This document shows positions 9,222 to 19,518 of a DNA stretch of 64,000 nt, one piece after another. Each line of letters starts with the position of its first letter. Position 1 is the first letter of the stretch. The notes beneath the pieces were generated by a model, which was given only the letters and a program-made list of their open reading frames with translations, was not told where the DNA came from and did no database searches. The DNA lies in contig OZ244937.1 of the NCBI GenBank assembly GCA_965222075.1, forward strand, positions 3,968,001 to 4,032,000, written 5' to 3'. The position numbers and the translations under genes are program-made. This DNA comes from Candidatus Latescibacterota bacterium (lineage in GTDB: Bacteria > Latescibacterota > UBA2968 > GCA-2709665).

Positions 9222-10534
9222 GGGAGATCGGTGTATTCCTGGTCCTGGTCCTGCTGATCGCGTGGGCCAGCGGCATCCCCCCGGGAGACGCACCCGGGGC
9301 GCACACCACCCTGGTGGTGGGCCTGCTCCTGCTCTCGGGCCACATCGCCGGCCACCTTCTCTCCTCCCTCAGCCTGCCCAGGATCACCGGCTACCTCTGC
9401 GTGGGCCTCCTGATGGGACCCTACCTCCTCGGCTTCCTCACGGTCGACACCGTCGAAAACCTCGGCTTCCTGAACGAACTGGCCGTCGCCTTCATCGCCC
9501 TGGCCGCAGGGGGAGAATTGAGAGTCGCCGAACTGCGGGACCGGATGCGGGTCATCCTCCTGGTGATCGCATCGCTCACGGTCGTCGTCTTCGCAATCGT
9601 CACCCTCTTCATAACGCTCAGCCGATCGCTGCTCCCGTTCACCGCCCCATTTTCCGGACTTCAGGTGCTCGCCTTAGGAATGCTCTTCGGCGTGCTCGCC
9701 GTGGCCCGGTCCCCCTCCAGCGCCATCGCCATCATCAGCGAAACCAGGGCGCACGGCCCCTTCACCGAGACCGCACTGGGGGTCACGGTGGCCATGGACG
9801 TGTTCGTCATCGTCCTCTTCGCCGCGGCGGTCTCCTTCTGTGAGGTCGTTATGTCGCCAGCAGCCTCCCTCGACCTCGCGTTTGTCGCAACCCTGGGAGC
9901 GGAGATCCTGGTGGGAATCGGCGTGGGACTGATCCTGGGCTGGGGACTCGCCTTCTACATTGACCGCGTCCGGGTCAACCTCCCCCTTCTCCTGCTGGGT
10001 ACCGCGCTGCTGGTCACCAGCATCTCCCCCGGGCTTGCAGAGTACATGAAGGCGGCCCACGACCTGAGCCTCCGGCTGGAACCGCTGCTGATCTGTGTAA
10101 CCGCAGGGTTCACCGTGCAGAACTACTCCCGCCAGGGCACACAGTTCATCGGCGCGGTCAACGCCGTCAGCCTGCCGGTCTACGTGCTCTTCTTCACCTT
10201 AGCCGGCGCCGGACTGAACCTGAACGCCCTGCAGCAGACCTGGACCGTCGCCCTCCTGCTGGCCGCCGTGAGGGCCGCCGCCGTCTTTTTGGGGGCCTAT
10301 ACCGGCGGGCGGCTCGGCGGCGACCCCCCGCGCCTCAACCGCATCGCGGGTATGGCCTACCTGACCCAGGCGGGCGTCAGCCTCGGCCTGGCCTTAGAGG
10401 TCGTCCGGCGCTTTCCCACCTGGGGGGATGCGTTTGTAACCGTGGTGGTGGCCGTCATCGCGATCAACCAGATGGTCGGCCCCATCGCCATGAAACGCGT
10501 CCTCATCCAGGCAGGTGAAGCCCACAAAACCTGA
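9218..10534 (+). CDS. Cation:proton antiporter (CPA2-like), subunit/paralogue 2
   Basis: LPRITGYLCVGLLMGP, FIALAAGGEL, ARSPSSAIAII, VAMDV, FFTLAGA and QAGVSLGL. Coupled to the previous gene (GTGA). Confidence 0.85.
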   Translation: MREIGVFLVLVLLIAWASGIPPGDAPGAHTTLVVGLLLLSGHIAGHLLSSLSLPRITGYLCVGLLMGPYLLGFLTVDTVENLGFLNELAVAFIALAAGGELRVAELRDRMRVILLVIASLTVVVFAIVTLFITLSRSLLPFTAPFSGLQVLALGMLFGVLAVARSPSSAIAIISETRAHGPFTETALGVTVAMDVFVIVLFAAAVSFCEVVMSPAASLDLAFVATLGAEILVGIGVGLILGWGLAFYIDRVRVNLPLLLLGTALLVTSISPGLAEYMKAAHDLSLRLEPLLICVTAGFTVQNYSRQGTQFIGAVNAVSLPVYVLFFTLAGAGLNLNALQQTWTVALLLAAVRAAAVFLGAYTGGRLGGDPPRLNRIAGMAYLTQAGVSLGLALEVVRRFPTWGDAFVTVVVAVIAINQMVGPIAMKRVLIQAGEAHKT

Positions 10535-10679
10535 TGGCCGACTGCTGCGCGTCTAAAACCAGAGCGCCGCCAAATCCCAACGCTGACGGCGCTCTGTTTA
10601 TATCCGGCGTCCAGCCCGACCTCACCCTTTTGAAGAAGGCCCCCTGGAGGTCGCCTTGGTGTACAGCCCTCCCTGGCTC

Positions 10680-10874
10680 CTGGGCAATTCAAGCAGGCCG
10701 GACAGCGTGGGCCGACCGGTCCCGGCTAAGCGCTTCGACCCTTTCGCCAGATCTACGCTTTCAACCACAACTCGGTCCGAAAACCGGCTTTGGGGTCAAA
10801 GCGCCCCGAACAATCAGGTAGCCTGAAATGTCGAAACAGTAATTCTCCTCGTGGCTCATCGCCTCCCGGTCCAT
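10680..10874 (-). pseudogene. Collapsed remnant of a phytanoyl-CoA dioxygenase (PhyH) family gene
   Basis: AAGGAGG RBS, then MDREAMSHEENYCFDISGYLIVRGALT (compare MTEDEKYLFDLNGYLVIENVLT of the gene at 39064), followed by the fragment GTGRPTLSGLLELP. No continuous ORF. Confidence 0.55.
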
Positions 10875-10909
10875 CGCTGACCTCCTTATTATCGGTTATA
10901 TCCCTCACC

Positions 10910-10935
10910 GTAGGGGCGGGGTTTCCCCGCCCGTC
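10910..10935 (+). repeat. GTAG-type REP-like palindrome
   Basis: gtaggggcggggtttccccgccc hairpin; related sequences at about 28842 and 43799. Confidence 0.5.
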
Positions 10936-11289
10936 TGTAATGTGGGTCGATCATGTGTAGATAAAGTAGTGTACAATAATGAACGCCTGTCAACAGAAAA
11001 CAGGACAGTACCCCCTCAAACATGCCCTTGACCTCAGATGAATTTTGGTGCATCATACCCCGCTGTCTCTTCCGGTAAAGCGAACAAAAAGATGATCCGG
11101 GAGATGCTGGAACAGGACGGCCACGAACAGGATCTAATCTTGAGGTCAGGTATGACACCCTGGCCCTCGCCAGATAGCAGGGTGCCTTCCGCACATTCAA
11201 AAAGCCGTAAAAGAGTTTCTGGAAGACGGCTCATAAAGAAAGCCGTCCACTTCCACCCAAACCGCGTCCCTTCAAAAAAAGGAGTCCCC

Positions 11290-12033
11290 ATGTCAGACGC
11301 ACGCGTGTTCATCGGCGACTTGACCCGCAAGGAATTCCGAGAACGCATGCAGGCCGGCGCCATCAAAGCCGCGGTCGTGCCGACTGGCGCCACGGAGCAG
11401 CACAACGAACACCTCGAAATGGTCCACGACACCCTGCACGTCACCCACATGGCCGAACAGGCCGCCAGACGTCTCCATCCCCAGGTCGTCGTGGCCACCC
11501 CCATCGGCATCGGCTACTCGGAACACTGGATGGAACACATTGGCACCCTCACCGTGCGCTCGGAAATCTTCTGTGAATACGTCTTTGACGTCTGCCACTC
11601 CCTCCAGCGGGCCGGCCTCGAAAACATCCTCATCCTCAACGGCCACGGCGGCAACGTCAGCCCCCTCATGCGCCGCATCGATGAGTACCGGGACAGGCTG
11701 GGCGTCAACCTGCGCTTCCAGTCCTACTGGGACGTCTACGATCCTGACCTGGTCGCAGCAGCCCTGGAAAACAAACGCCTGCCCGGCCACGCGGACGAGT
11801 ACGAAACCTCCACCATGCTCGTCCTCGCCCCCGAACGGGTGCACCAAATGGACATCGACAACCCCGCAGCCGCCCAGGGCACCCGGCAGAAGGGCGAAAA
11901 ACTCATCGAGCCCGCCATTGCCGGCGTGGCCGAAATCCTCCGCAAAATGATCGCCGGAGAAGAGGTGGATGCCCCCCCGGCCACCTTCCGGGAAGGCCGG
12001 CGCATCCACATGCTCACCGGCGAACCCCTGTAG
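11290..12033 (+). CDS. Creatininase family protein
   Basis: PTGATEQHNEHL, GYSEHW, LNGHGGN and GHADEYETS motifs; GGAG RBS before ATG 11290. Confidence 0.9.
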   Translation: MSDARVFIGDLTRKEFRERMQAGAIKAAVVPTGATEQHNEHLEMVHDTLHVTHMAEQAARRLHPQVVVATPIGIGYSEHWMEHIGTLTVRSEIFCEYVFDVCHSLQRAGLENILILNGHGGNVSPLMRRIDEYRDRLGVNLRFQSYWDVYDPDLVAAALENKRLPGHADEYETSTMLVLAPERVHQMDIDNPAAAQGTRQKGEKLIEPAIAGVAEILRKMIAGEEVDAPPATFREGRRIHMLTGEPL

Positions 12034-12053
12034 CCCACAACAGGAGAAACCCG

Positions 12054-12890
12054 GTGCCATCCTCTGAAAATTGGACCCCGGCAGGACCGGACCTGAAAAC
12101 CGTCCTTGCCGCGTACAAGGACCCACTCCTTGCTCTCTCCGAGGCCCGCATCCCGGCCATCCTCCTGCGCCGGGTTTACCCCCCGACCCTCTGTGCCGGC
12201 CTCATCCGGAGGTTCATCCACCGGGGCTTCATGCACGATCCGGCAGACACCACCTCTGAAAATACCCGCACGCGCATCGACATCGGCACCAGTCTGGGCA
12301 ACCGGGGCAGCGACAAAGAGACCTTCCTGAAGCACGCCGAGGATACCCACGCCCTCTTTCGTCACCTCTTTGACGGGTTCGACAACCCGGTAGACACCAT
12401 TTACGACGCCCTCTCCGAACTCGCCGTCGGCAAAGCCGTCAAAATCGCCCGCGAGTCTGACGGCCGCCTCTACGGTCCCGCCATCTTCCGCATCCATTAC
12501 ACCAGCCACACCTACAGACCCCACATCGACCACGTCACCCTGCGCGAGAAGCGCTTCAACTACGCCGTCACCCGTTTCGAGCACCAGTTTGCCGGCGTTC
12601 TCTGCTTCCAGAACGCCTCCCACGAGGGCGAAAGCACCCAGGCCATCCTGCATCGGTGCCTCTGGACTCAGGACGTCCAGCCCCACATCGCCGAGGGCAC
12701 CTTCCACGACTACGCGGCCGAAAACAGGATCGCCCGCTGCCGCGTGGACCTGCAACCGGGCGACCTCTACTTCTTCAACACCCGCTGCATCCACGAGGTC
12801 CCACCCCTGCAGGGCCCCGACCCCAGGATCGTCCTGGCCGTATTCATCGGCTACTCCGCAGACGACGGTGAAATCTTCGTCTGGTCCTGA
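12054..12890 (+). CDS. 2OG-Fe(II) oxygenase-like protein
   Basis: HxD motif (PHIDHV) and distal LQPGDLYFFNTRCIHEV...R. Confidence 0.7.
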   Translation: MPSSENWTPAGPDLKTVLAAYKDPLLALSEARIPAILLRRVYPPTLCAGLIRRFIHRGFMHDPADTTSENTRTRIDIGTSLGNRGSDKETFLKHAEDTHALFRHLFDGFDNPVDTIYDALSELAVGKAVKIARESDGRLYGPAIFRIHYTSHTYRPHIDHVTLREKRFNYAVTRFEHQFAGVLCFQNASHEGESTQAILHRCLWTQDVQPHIAEGTFHDYAAENRIARCRVDLQPGDLYFFNTRCIHEVPPLQGPDPRIVLAVFIGYSADDGEIFVWS

Positions 12891-12909
12891 CATCTGAGTC
12901 GCGTGACCC

Positions 12910-14340
12910 ATGTTGGAAAGGAGGAAGCAACCTGTGGGCGATAGGTCCCAAATGCCACCGTATCGCGGTGCTCTGCTGCCCAAAGACCCCACCCTTGAAA
13001 CCCTTCGTGCCATCCTCCCCGACTACGAGGCCATGCTCATCTCCATCATGGCCGCCCTCGCAGACCGTTACGACCGCACCCCCGACTACCCCTTCATCGA
13101 CACCAAACTCGACCTCATCACCGGCAGTGACTTTCCCGCAGACGACCCCGTCCGGGGCCCCAACGCCATTTACGGCTGGATCCAGGGGCGCGGCCTCGAA
13201 GCCTTAGCCGGCCACTGCCGCTGGATGCGCCGTCGCCGGCTCGGCTTGGACCTCCTGCCCCGCCTGGAGCGGATGATGCGCGACATCCTCCCCAAACTCC
13301 GCGAGATACGGTCCCGCAACGCCGGCCACCTCTTCTTCTTCATGACCCCCAACGGCGATCCCTTCCTCTTAGACGCCAGTGGGAACCCGCGAAAAACAAC
13401 CCTCGCGGCCGATGCCTTCTACGGTTTTTCCGACATCTTTTCCGCAAAAGGGATGTACGCCGCAGCCCGCTACCTCGAGGATGACGAAGCCGCCGCCGAG
13501 GCCCTCGACTACATCCGGCAGGTGGACGACGCCATCTGGCAGGGCGCCTTTGTGAACGACCAGCAGACCCTCGATCCCAAAAATCCCGTGCAGGTCAAAC
13601 CGGGCTGCCACTTTCACGGCCCTTACATGATCCAGATCGGGACCGCCGCCCTCCTGGCCGGATACGAAAACCCCGACAGCGTCGAACTCGGCCTGCGCCT
13701 CATCCGTCACGAACTGGAACACCACGTCAACCTCAACGGACGAATCCTCGACTTGATGGAATACGACTTCTGGGAAGCCAACGACGACCGGGGCCTGCCA
13801 TACCGCGAGGACGGAAAGGTCATCTCCGATCCCGGCCACAGCCTCGAATGCGTCGGTCTGATTCTGAAATTCACCTCCATAGTAAAACAGCGCAACCTTG
13901 CCGACCACAAACAGCGGGGTGAAATCGCACGCGTCGAATCCCACATGCCCCGGCTCCTCGAACGCAACTTTGCCAACGGCTACCTTCCCGGCACCGGCGG
14001 CATCTGCAAGGCCTTCGACCTCCTCTCCCGAAAGCCGGTCAACGCCGACATGCCCTGGTGGAACCTCCCCGAAACCATGCGAACGGCCCTTTACTGCTGG
14101 CGCCTCGCGGAAAGCGACGAGGGCCGCCGGATGCCCCTCCACATCCTGCGCGACTGCCACAACGCCTTCATCGGTCACTTCGTCCGCCCCGACCTCCACC
14201 TGATGGCCTACCAGACCCGCTCCGCAAGCGGTGCCCCCATCCCCGTCATCCCCGCCACCGCAGACGCCGACCCCGGCTACCACACAGGCCTCAGCATCAT
14301 CGATGCGCTGGATGTTATCCAGGAGGCGGCATCCGGTTGA
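12910..14340 (+). CDS. N-acylglucosamine 2-epimerase (AGE) family protein
   Basis: WIQGRG, DPGHSLE, PWWNLPE and DPGYHTG motifs resemble AGE/cellobiose epimerase catalytic His motifs. Confidence 0.7.
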   Translation: MLERRKQPVGDRSQMPPYRGALLPKDPTLETLRAILPDYEAMLISIMAALADRYDRTPDYPFIDTKLDLITGSDFPADDPVRGPNAIYGWIQGRGLEALAGHCRWMRRRRLGLDLLPRLERMMRDILPKLREIRSRNAGHLFFFMTPNGDPFLLDASGNPRKTTLAADAFYGFSDIFSAKGMYAAARYLEDDEAAAEALDYIRQVDDAIWQGAFVNDQQTLDPKNPVQVKPGCHFHGPYMIQIGTAALLAGYENPDSVELGLRLIRHELEHHVNLNGRILDLMEYDFWEANDDRGLPYREDGKVISDPGHSLECVGLILKFTSIVKQRNLADHKQRGEIARVESHMPRLLERNFANGYLPGTGGICKAFDLLSRKPVNADMPWWNLPETMRTALYCWRLAESDEGRRMPLHILRDCHNAFIGHFVRPDLHLMAYQTRSASGAPIPVIPATADADPGYHTGLSIIDALDVIQEAASG

Positions 14341-14601
14341 TCACGGAAGGACACGATAACTTTCCTGTTGACATCCGCCCCCACTTTTACGTCATTTCAG
14401 ATTTATGCGATGCCATATACCAAATCCTGTCGTTTCCACAGAGACGCCTCACCGAAACCGTATTCCGCGATCCTCTTTCTCCTCTGAGAACGCCTTCGGG
14501 AAGCGCAGGAACACAGGTTGCACTTCGAGCCAACTTCTGATACCCAGCCCCCAGACCACGGACCAAAGGACAGATAGACTAACTTTTGCACGTTAGGATC
14601 C

Positions 14602-15267
14602 ATGCAACTCCAGCTTAAAGACCTCTCTCTCCACTACAAAGACAAGTCCCCGCTGTTCCAGAACGTGAACCTCACCGTCAACAGCGGGGACTTTATTCTG
14701 ATTCAGGGTCCCTCCGGAAGCGGCAAGTCCAGCCTCCTCCGGCTCCTCAACCGCCTGCAGGACCCCACCTCCGGTGACATTCTCATCGGCGGCAGACCGG
14801 TGACCGGCTACGAGGTCACCCAACTCCGGCGAAAAATCGGCTACGTCCAACAGACCCCCATCGTGGTCGAAACCACCGTGCAGGACAACCTCGTCCTCCC
14901 CTTCCACTTCAAAGTCGCGGACGGACAGGCCCCCCCGTCCGGGAAAGACCTGCGAAAGCGGCTGGACGACTTTCTCCTCCAGGACGTGGACTTAGACGAT
15001 GAGGCGGAGACCCTCTCCGTCGGCCAGAAACAGCGCATTGCCCTCATTCGCACCCTCCTGGCCGACCCCGAAATCCTTCTCTGCGACGAACCCACCTCGG
15101 CCCTCGACGCCAGATCGAAGGAAATCGTGGAAGGCTGGCTGGAATGCCTCAACCTCGAAAGGGAAATCGCCGTCGTCCTGGTCTCCCACACCGACTTCGC
15201 GCCCACACGGGTGACCCCCAGGAGGTGTCTCTTCCAGGAGGGCAGGCTGAAAGAGGTACCGCTGTGA
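14602..15267 (+). CDS. ABC transporter ATP-binding protein (FetA/YbbL-like)
   Basis: Walker A GPSGSGKS, signature LSVGQKQR, LLCDEPTSALD. Confidence 0.9.
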   Translation: MQLQLKDLSLHYKDKSPLFQNVNLTVNSGDFILIQGPSGSGKSSLLRLLNRLQDPTSGDILIGGRPVTGYEVTQLRRKIGYVQQTPIVVETTVQDNLVLPFHFKVADGQAPPSGKDLRKRLDDFLLQDVDLDDEAETLSVGQKQRIALIRTLLADPEILLCDEPTSALDARSKEIVEGWLECLNLEREIAVVLVSHTDFAPTRVTPRRCLFQEGRLKEVPL

Positions 15268-16037
15268 ACATCATCGAAATCTCCCCCTTCCAACTCCTGC
15301 TTTGCCTCATCTTCGTCCTGATCGCGGGCACCGGCTCCGTCGTCTTCAGGTTGAACCTGGAAAAAGACCTCGCCTGGGGCACCGTGCGCACCTTCGCCCA
15401 GCTCTTCATGGTCGGCTATGTCCTCAAATACATCTTCCAGATCAACAACGCCGCCCTCATCCTGGTCCTCTTCATCTGGATGGTCTTCTGGGCCGCGCAC
15501 GCCATCCGGTCGCGGGTGCAGGAGCGGGCCGTCCCCTTCTTCATTCCCACTTTCATTTCGATGGTCGTCAGCTACACCCTCGTTTCCATCCTCGTCACCG
15601 CCGCCATCGTCCAGGTCAAACCCTGGTACACGCCCCAGTACTTCATCCCCCTGGGCGGCATGATCGTCGGCAACTCCATGAACGCCATCACCATCGCCCT
15701 GGAACGCCTCTTCTCCGACCTCCGCAAACAGCGCGGCCAGATCGAACTCGCCTTCTGCCTGGGCGCAACCTACCAGGAAGCCACCGCCGCCATCCTCCGC
15801 GACGTCATCAAAGCCGGCATGATCCCCTCCATCAACGCCCTCATGACCGTCGGCCTCGTCTCCCTCCCCGGCATGATGACCGGCCAGATCCTGGCCGGTT
15901 CGAACCCCCTCACCGCCATCAAATACCAGATCGTCGTTATGCTCATGATCGTCGCCGCGGCCGCCATCGGTTCAATCATCGTCGTCCACGTCGTCCGCAG
16001 GCGCTGCTTCACCCACGCGCACCAGATGGCGATTTAA
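15264..16037 (+). CDS. ABC transporter permease (FetB/YbbM, UPF0014 family)
   Basis: RTFAQLFMVGYVL, IPLGGMIVGNSMN and GLVSLPGMMTGQILAG motifs; GTG start overlaps the upstream stop. Confidence 0.9.
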   Translation: MNIIEISPFQLLLCLIFVLIAGTGSVVFRLNLEKDLAWGTVRTFAQLFMVGYVLKYIFQINNAALILVLFIWMVFWAAHAIRSRVQERAVPFFIPTFISMVVSYTLVSILVTAAIVQVKPWYTPQYFIPLGGMIVGNSMNAITIALERLFSDLRKQRGQIELAFCLGATYQEATAAILRDVIKAGMIPSINALMTVGLVSLPGMMTGQILAGSNPLTAIKYQIVVMLMIVAAAAIGSIIVVHVVRRRCFTHAHQMAI

Positions 16038-16077
16038 ATACACCCCTCCCCAATCCGCAATTGAAGGGGGGTCAGGT

Positions 16078-16956
16078 CTATACCGGCATCGCCCGCTCCG
16101 TGTAGTCCCTCCCAACCTTCGCCGCCGCCTCTCCGGTGCGGCTGGAACAGATCATCACCCCCTCCTCGATCATGCTCACCACATTCTCTGTATACACCCC
16201 GTTCAAAAAGGCCAGCCCGGCGGCTTTGGACGCGGCCATCACCCGGGCGCGGGCGGCCTGCATCTCTTGGGGATAGGGCGCGTCGTGGGCAGTGGGATAG
16301 CCGTGGGACATGCCCATATCCCCGGGGCCCCACTCCGCAAAAGCAATACCGGGAACTTTCGTACTCGCCTCGGCATTTGCCAGCGCCCGCTTATTCTCGA
16401 TCTTCAGACCCAGCATCAACTCGCCCTTCGGGTTCAGAGGCCACACATCCGCCACCTCTAAGTACTTCTGCACGGGCACCCCCCAGACCGCAGCGGCCGA
16501 GCCCTGCCCTCCTGCGCCTCGCCGTCCCTCACTCAGTCCCTCTCCCACACCGGTGGTGTGAAAGGGATACCGGCAGGCCTCCACAAACGCCCGAACCGCT
16601 TCGGGGGTCTCCGCGTGACACAGCAGCACCCCGTGCACCCCTCTGGCCAGGGCCTGCTTGAACATCCACGCGTTCGCCCGCACCACCGCCTCGCTCGATC
16701 CGTCCACCGGCAGGTCCACGATCACCGCCGGCGTGCGGTGTCCGCTCGCGGCCGGCCCTCCGTCCACCAGCCCCCGCATGAACTCCCCCAAAGCGTGCAG
16801 ATCAAACGTCCCGTGCTCCATACTCACGTTGATATAATCGGCCCACGTCCCGGCCATCGCCCTGCCGCCCTCATAGGAGAGATCCGGCGCGCCGGTATAA
16901 TAAATCGGCTGTCCCTGGTCCAGCAACGCAACCGCCTTATTGATCCGCTCTGGCAT
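16078..16956 (-). CDS. HpcH/HpaI aldolase/citrate lyase family protein
   Basis: MEHG, LGLKIEN and EWGPGDMGMSHG. Confidence 0.8.
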   Translation of the reverse strand: MPERINKAVALLDQGQPIYYTGAPDLSYEGGRAMAGTWADYINVSMEHGTFDLHALGEFMRGLVDGGPAASGHRTPAVIVDLPVDGSSEAVVRANAWMFKQALARGVHGVLLCHAETPEAVRAFVEACRYPFHTTGVGEGLSEGRRGAGGQGSAAAVWGVPVQKYLEVADVWPLNPKGELMLGLKIENKRALANAEASTKVPGIAFAEWGPGDMGMSHGYPTAHDAPYPQEMQAARARVMAASKAAGLAFLNGVYTENVVSMIEEGVMICSSRTGEAAAKVGRDYTERAMPV

Positions 16957-17027
16957 AGATGACCTCATATTCAAAAAACAAACCCGGGGGTTGGGTGGCC
17001 AGGCCAATTTTCAATTCCCCTACCCCG

Positions 17028-17813
17028 CTACACCGTCGCTCCCTCTCCCCCGTCGATATTAATCGCCGCGCCGGTGATAAACCCCGCACGTTCGGACACC
17101 AGGAACGCCACCAGATCGCCCACCTCGCTCGCCTCCCCCATCCGGCCGAGCGGGATACGCTTCCCCTGTTCAACGCACCAGTCCTCATAGCTCAACGCAC
17201 TGCCCGACGCCTCCCACGCGCGCACCCCCTGCGCCGTTTTGATATTCGTCAGGCACACCGTATTCACGCGGATCCCGTGCTGCGCCATATCTTTCGACAG
17301 CGCCTTGGTCATCGCGATACCCGCCGCCCGGCTCACCGACGTCGGCACCGAATTCGCCCCCGGCGCTTTCCCGCCCGGATGCGTAATATTGATAATGCTG
17401 CCCCGCTCCCTCGCCTTCATATGCGGAATCGCCAGACGCGAGCCACGAACCGCCGCCCAGAACTTCAGGTCAAAATCCTCCTGCCACATCTCCTCGGTTG
17501 CATCCTCAAAATAGCTCCCTGCCGACCGTCCCGCATTGTTGACCAGGATATCGATCCCCCCAAACGCCTCAACGGCCGCACCGAAGAAACCCTCCAGTTC
17601 TTCCACCACCGTCACGTCCGCAGGCACCGCCAGCACCTCGGCCCCTGTCTCCTGCCGGATCTCCCCGCCTGCCGCCTCCAGCACATCGGGGCGCCGCGCA
17701 CAGATCGCCACCCGGCACCCCTCTTCCGCAAGTTTGTGAGCAACCCCCCTGCCGACCCCTTCGCTCCCGCCGGTAACAAGCGCGACCTGCCCTGTAAGAT
17801 TGAGCTCAAGCAT
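17028..17813 (-). CDS. Short-chain dehydrogenase/reductase
   Basis: TGGSEGVG, ILVNNAG and ITGAAINIDGG. Confidence 0.92.
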   Translation of the reverse strand: MLELNLTGQVALVTGGSEGVGRGVAHKLAEEGCRVAICARRPDVLEAAGGEIRQETGAEVLAVPADVTVVEELEGFFGAAVEAFGGIDILVNNAGRSAGSYFEDATEEMWQEDFDLKFWAAVRGSRLAIPHMKARERGSIINITHPGGKAPGANSVPTSVSRAAGIAMTKALSKDMAQHGIRVNTVCLTNIKTAQGVRAWEASGSALSYEDWCVEQGKRIPLGRMGEASEVGDLVAFLVSERAGFITGAAINIDGGEGATV

Positions 17814-17883
17814 ATTCGTATCCTTTCTCTTTCCAGATCCGGGGCGCAGGATGCTGCGCCCCTGCGCATGCATGACCTTACTA

Positions 17884-19425
17884 TTACTCCCAATCCTCCA
17901 AAATCACCCCCGCCGCATTGTGTCCCGGCGCCCCCGTCACCTCACCTCCCGGATGCGTTCCCGCGCCGCAGAGGTAGAGATTCTGGATCGGCGTTCGGTA
18001 ATGCGCCCACCCAGCCAGCGGCCGCTGCGCGAGGAACTGGCTGGGCACGATATCCAGGTGCCGGATATTCCCGTCCGTCAGCCCCACCCGCCGCTCCAGG
18101 TCCAGCGGCGTAAACAGCGACCAGTCCACGATTACATCCCGGATATTGGGCGCATAAACCGCCAGCGCATCGATCAGATGCTCCCCCACCTCCTCTCGCC
18201 GCTCGTCCCACGTCCCCTTGCGCAGATGCACCGGCGCGTAAAGCACCCAGATCGACATCACGTGATGCCCCTCCGGTGCCATACGCTCATCGTACACCGA
18301 CGGAATCTGCACCTCCATCACCGGAGTCCGCGACGGCCGCCCCTGCTTCGCATCCTCCCAGCTGCTCTCAAAGTACTCAATAGAAGGACAGAGCTTCATC
18401 TCCGCCACGTAACGAGGATCAAAGTCCCCGTCAAAACAGGCCGAAAAATCCGGCAGCCCGTTCAGCGCCGCGTGAAACTTGAGGTATCCCGCCTCCGTCT
18501 TCAGCCGGCCAACGCGGTGGCCGAAATCGGCGTCGAGATCGTCCTCCCCCACAAGCTTGAGAAACGTGCGCTTCGGATCTGCATTCGAAACAACAATCCG
18601 GCTGCGGATCTCCGTCCCATCCGCAAGCAAGACTCCGCACACCTTCCCGTCCTCAATTAAAATACGCGCCACCTCCACACCGGTTCGCAGCGTCGCGCCC
18701 CGCGAGCGTGCGGCCGCCGCCAGCGCCTGTGTGATTCCCCCCATGCCCCCCTTCACAATGCCCACGTTCTCCGGCTTGCTGAACGTATTGCACCTGATGT
18801 ACGCATAGCACCAGGCACTGCCCGGCGCCGCGGGATCTCCCACGTCCTGCGCCTGGATAAACGCCCCACGCACCGCCTCCGACTCGAAAAACTCGGTCAC
18901 AATATCCACCATACTGGCGGTCAACAACCGGTCCAGCAGCGCCTCGTCGCCTGTGCCGCGCACCCGTTCGGCAATTTCACTCACCGTAGGCGGTGGCGTC
19001 AAAAAATAGGGATAAATAATTCCTGCTGCCCGTTCCCAAAACGCCAGCCAGTCCGGATAGTTCTCCGCATCCCGCCGGGAAAACCGGGCAATCTCCTCCT
19101 GCGTCTTCGCCACATCGTCCCAGACCAGCAGCCGCGTCCCGTCCGGATACGGCTGAAACCGCGACGGATCCAAGTGGTAGACCTCAAACCCGTGCTCCCG
19201 AAGCCCCAGCTCTTTGATCACCTTCGTCTGCAGCAGATGGCAGATGTACGAACAGGCCGAAAACCGGTACCCCGGAAACAACTCCTCCGTTGTGCACGCC
19301 CCCCCCAGCACCTCTCGCCGCTCCAGCACCACCACGTCCAGTCCCGCCCCTGCCAGATACCCCGCCGCCACCAGCCCGTTGTGTCCCCCCCCCAGAATAA
19401 CAGCATCATGGTCCGCCCGAGCCAT
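17884..19425 (-). CDS. Phytoene desaturase-like FAD-dependent oxidoreductase
   Basis: GGGHNGLVAAGYLA, GGMGGITQAL and LYLCGAGTHPGGEVTGAPGHNAA. Confidence 0.9.
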   Translation of the reverse strand: MARADHDAVILGGGHNGLVAAGYLAGAGLDVVVLERREVLGGACTTEELFPGYRFSACSYICHLLQTKVIKELGLREHGFEVYHLDPSRFQPYPDGTRLLVWDDVAKTQEEIARFSRRDAENYPDWLAFWERAAGIIYPYFLTPPPTVSEIAERVRGTGDEALLDRLLTASMVDIVTEFFESEAVRGAFIQAQDVGDPAAPGSAWCYAYIRCNTFSKPENVGIVKGGMGGITQALAAAARSRGATLRTGVEVARILIEDGKVCGVLLADGTEIRSRIVVSNADPKRTFLKLVGEDDLDADFGHRVGRLKTEAGYLKFHAALNGLPDFSACFDGDFDPRYVAEMKLCPSIEYFESSWEDAKQGRPSRTPVMEVQIPSVYDERMAPEGHHVMSIWVLYAPVHLRKGTWDERREEVGEHLIDALAVYAPNIRDVIVDWSLFTPLDLERRVGLTDGNIRHLDIVPSQFLAQRPLAGWAHYRTPIQNLYLCGAGTHPGGEVTGAPGHNAAGVILEDWE

Positions 19426-19518
19426 CGCAGTCTCTCCTTCTCACATTTTTAGCTCCATCGGTGGTTGCTTTTTCAAGCCCGTAGACAGCCTATCGCAGCG
19501 ACGCGCAGGTGTGACATA

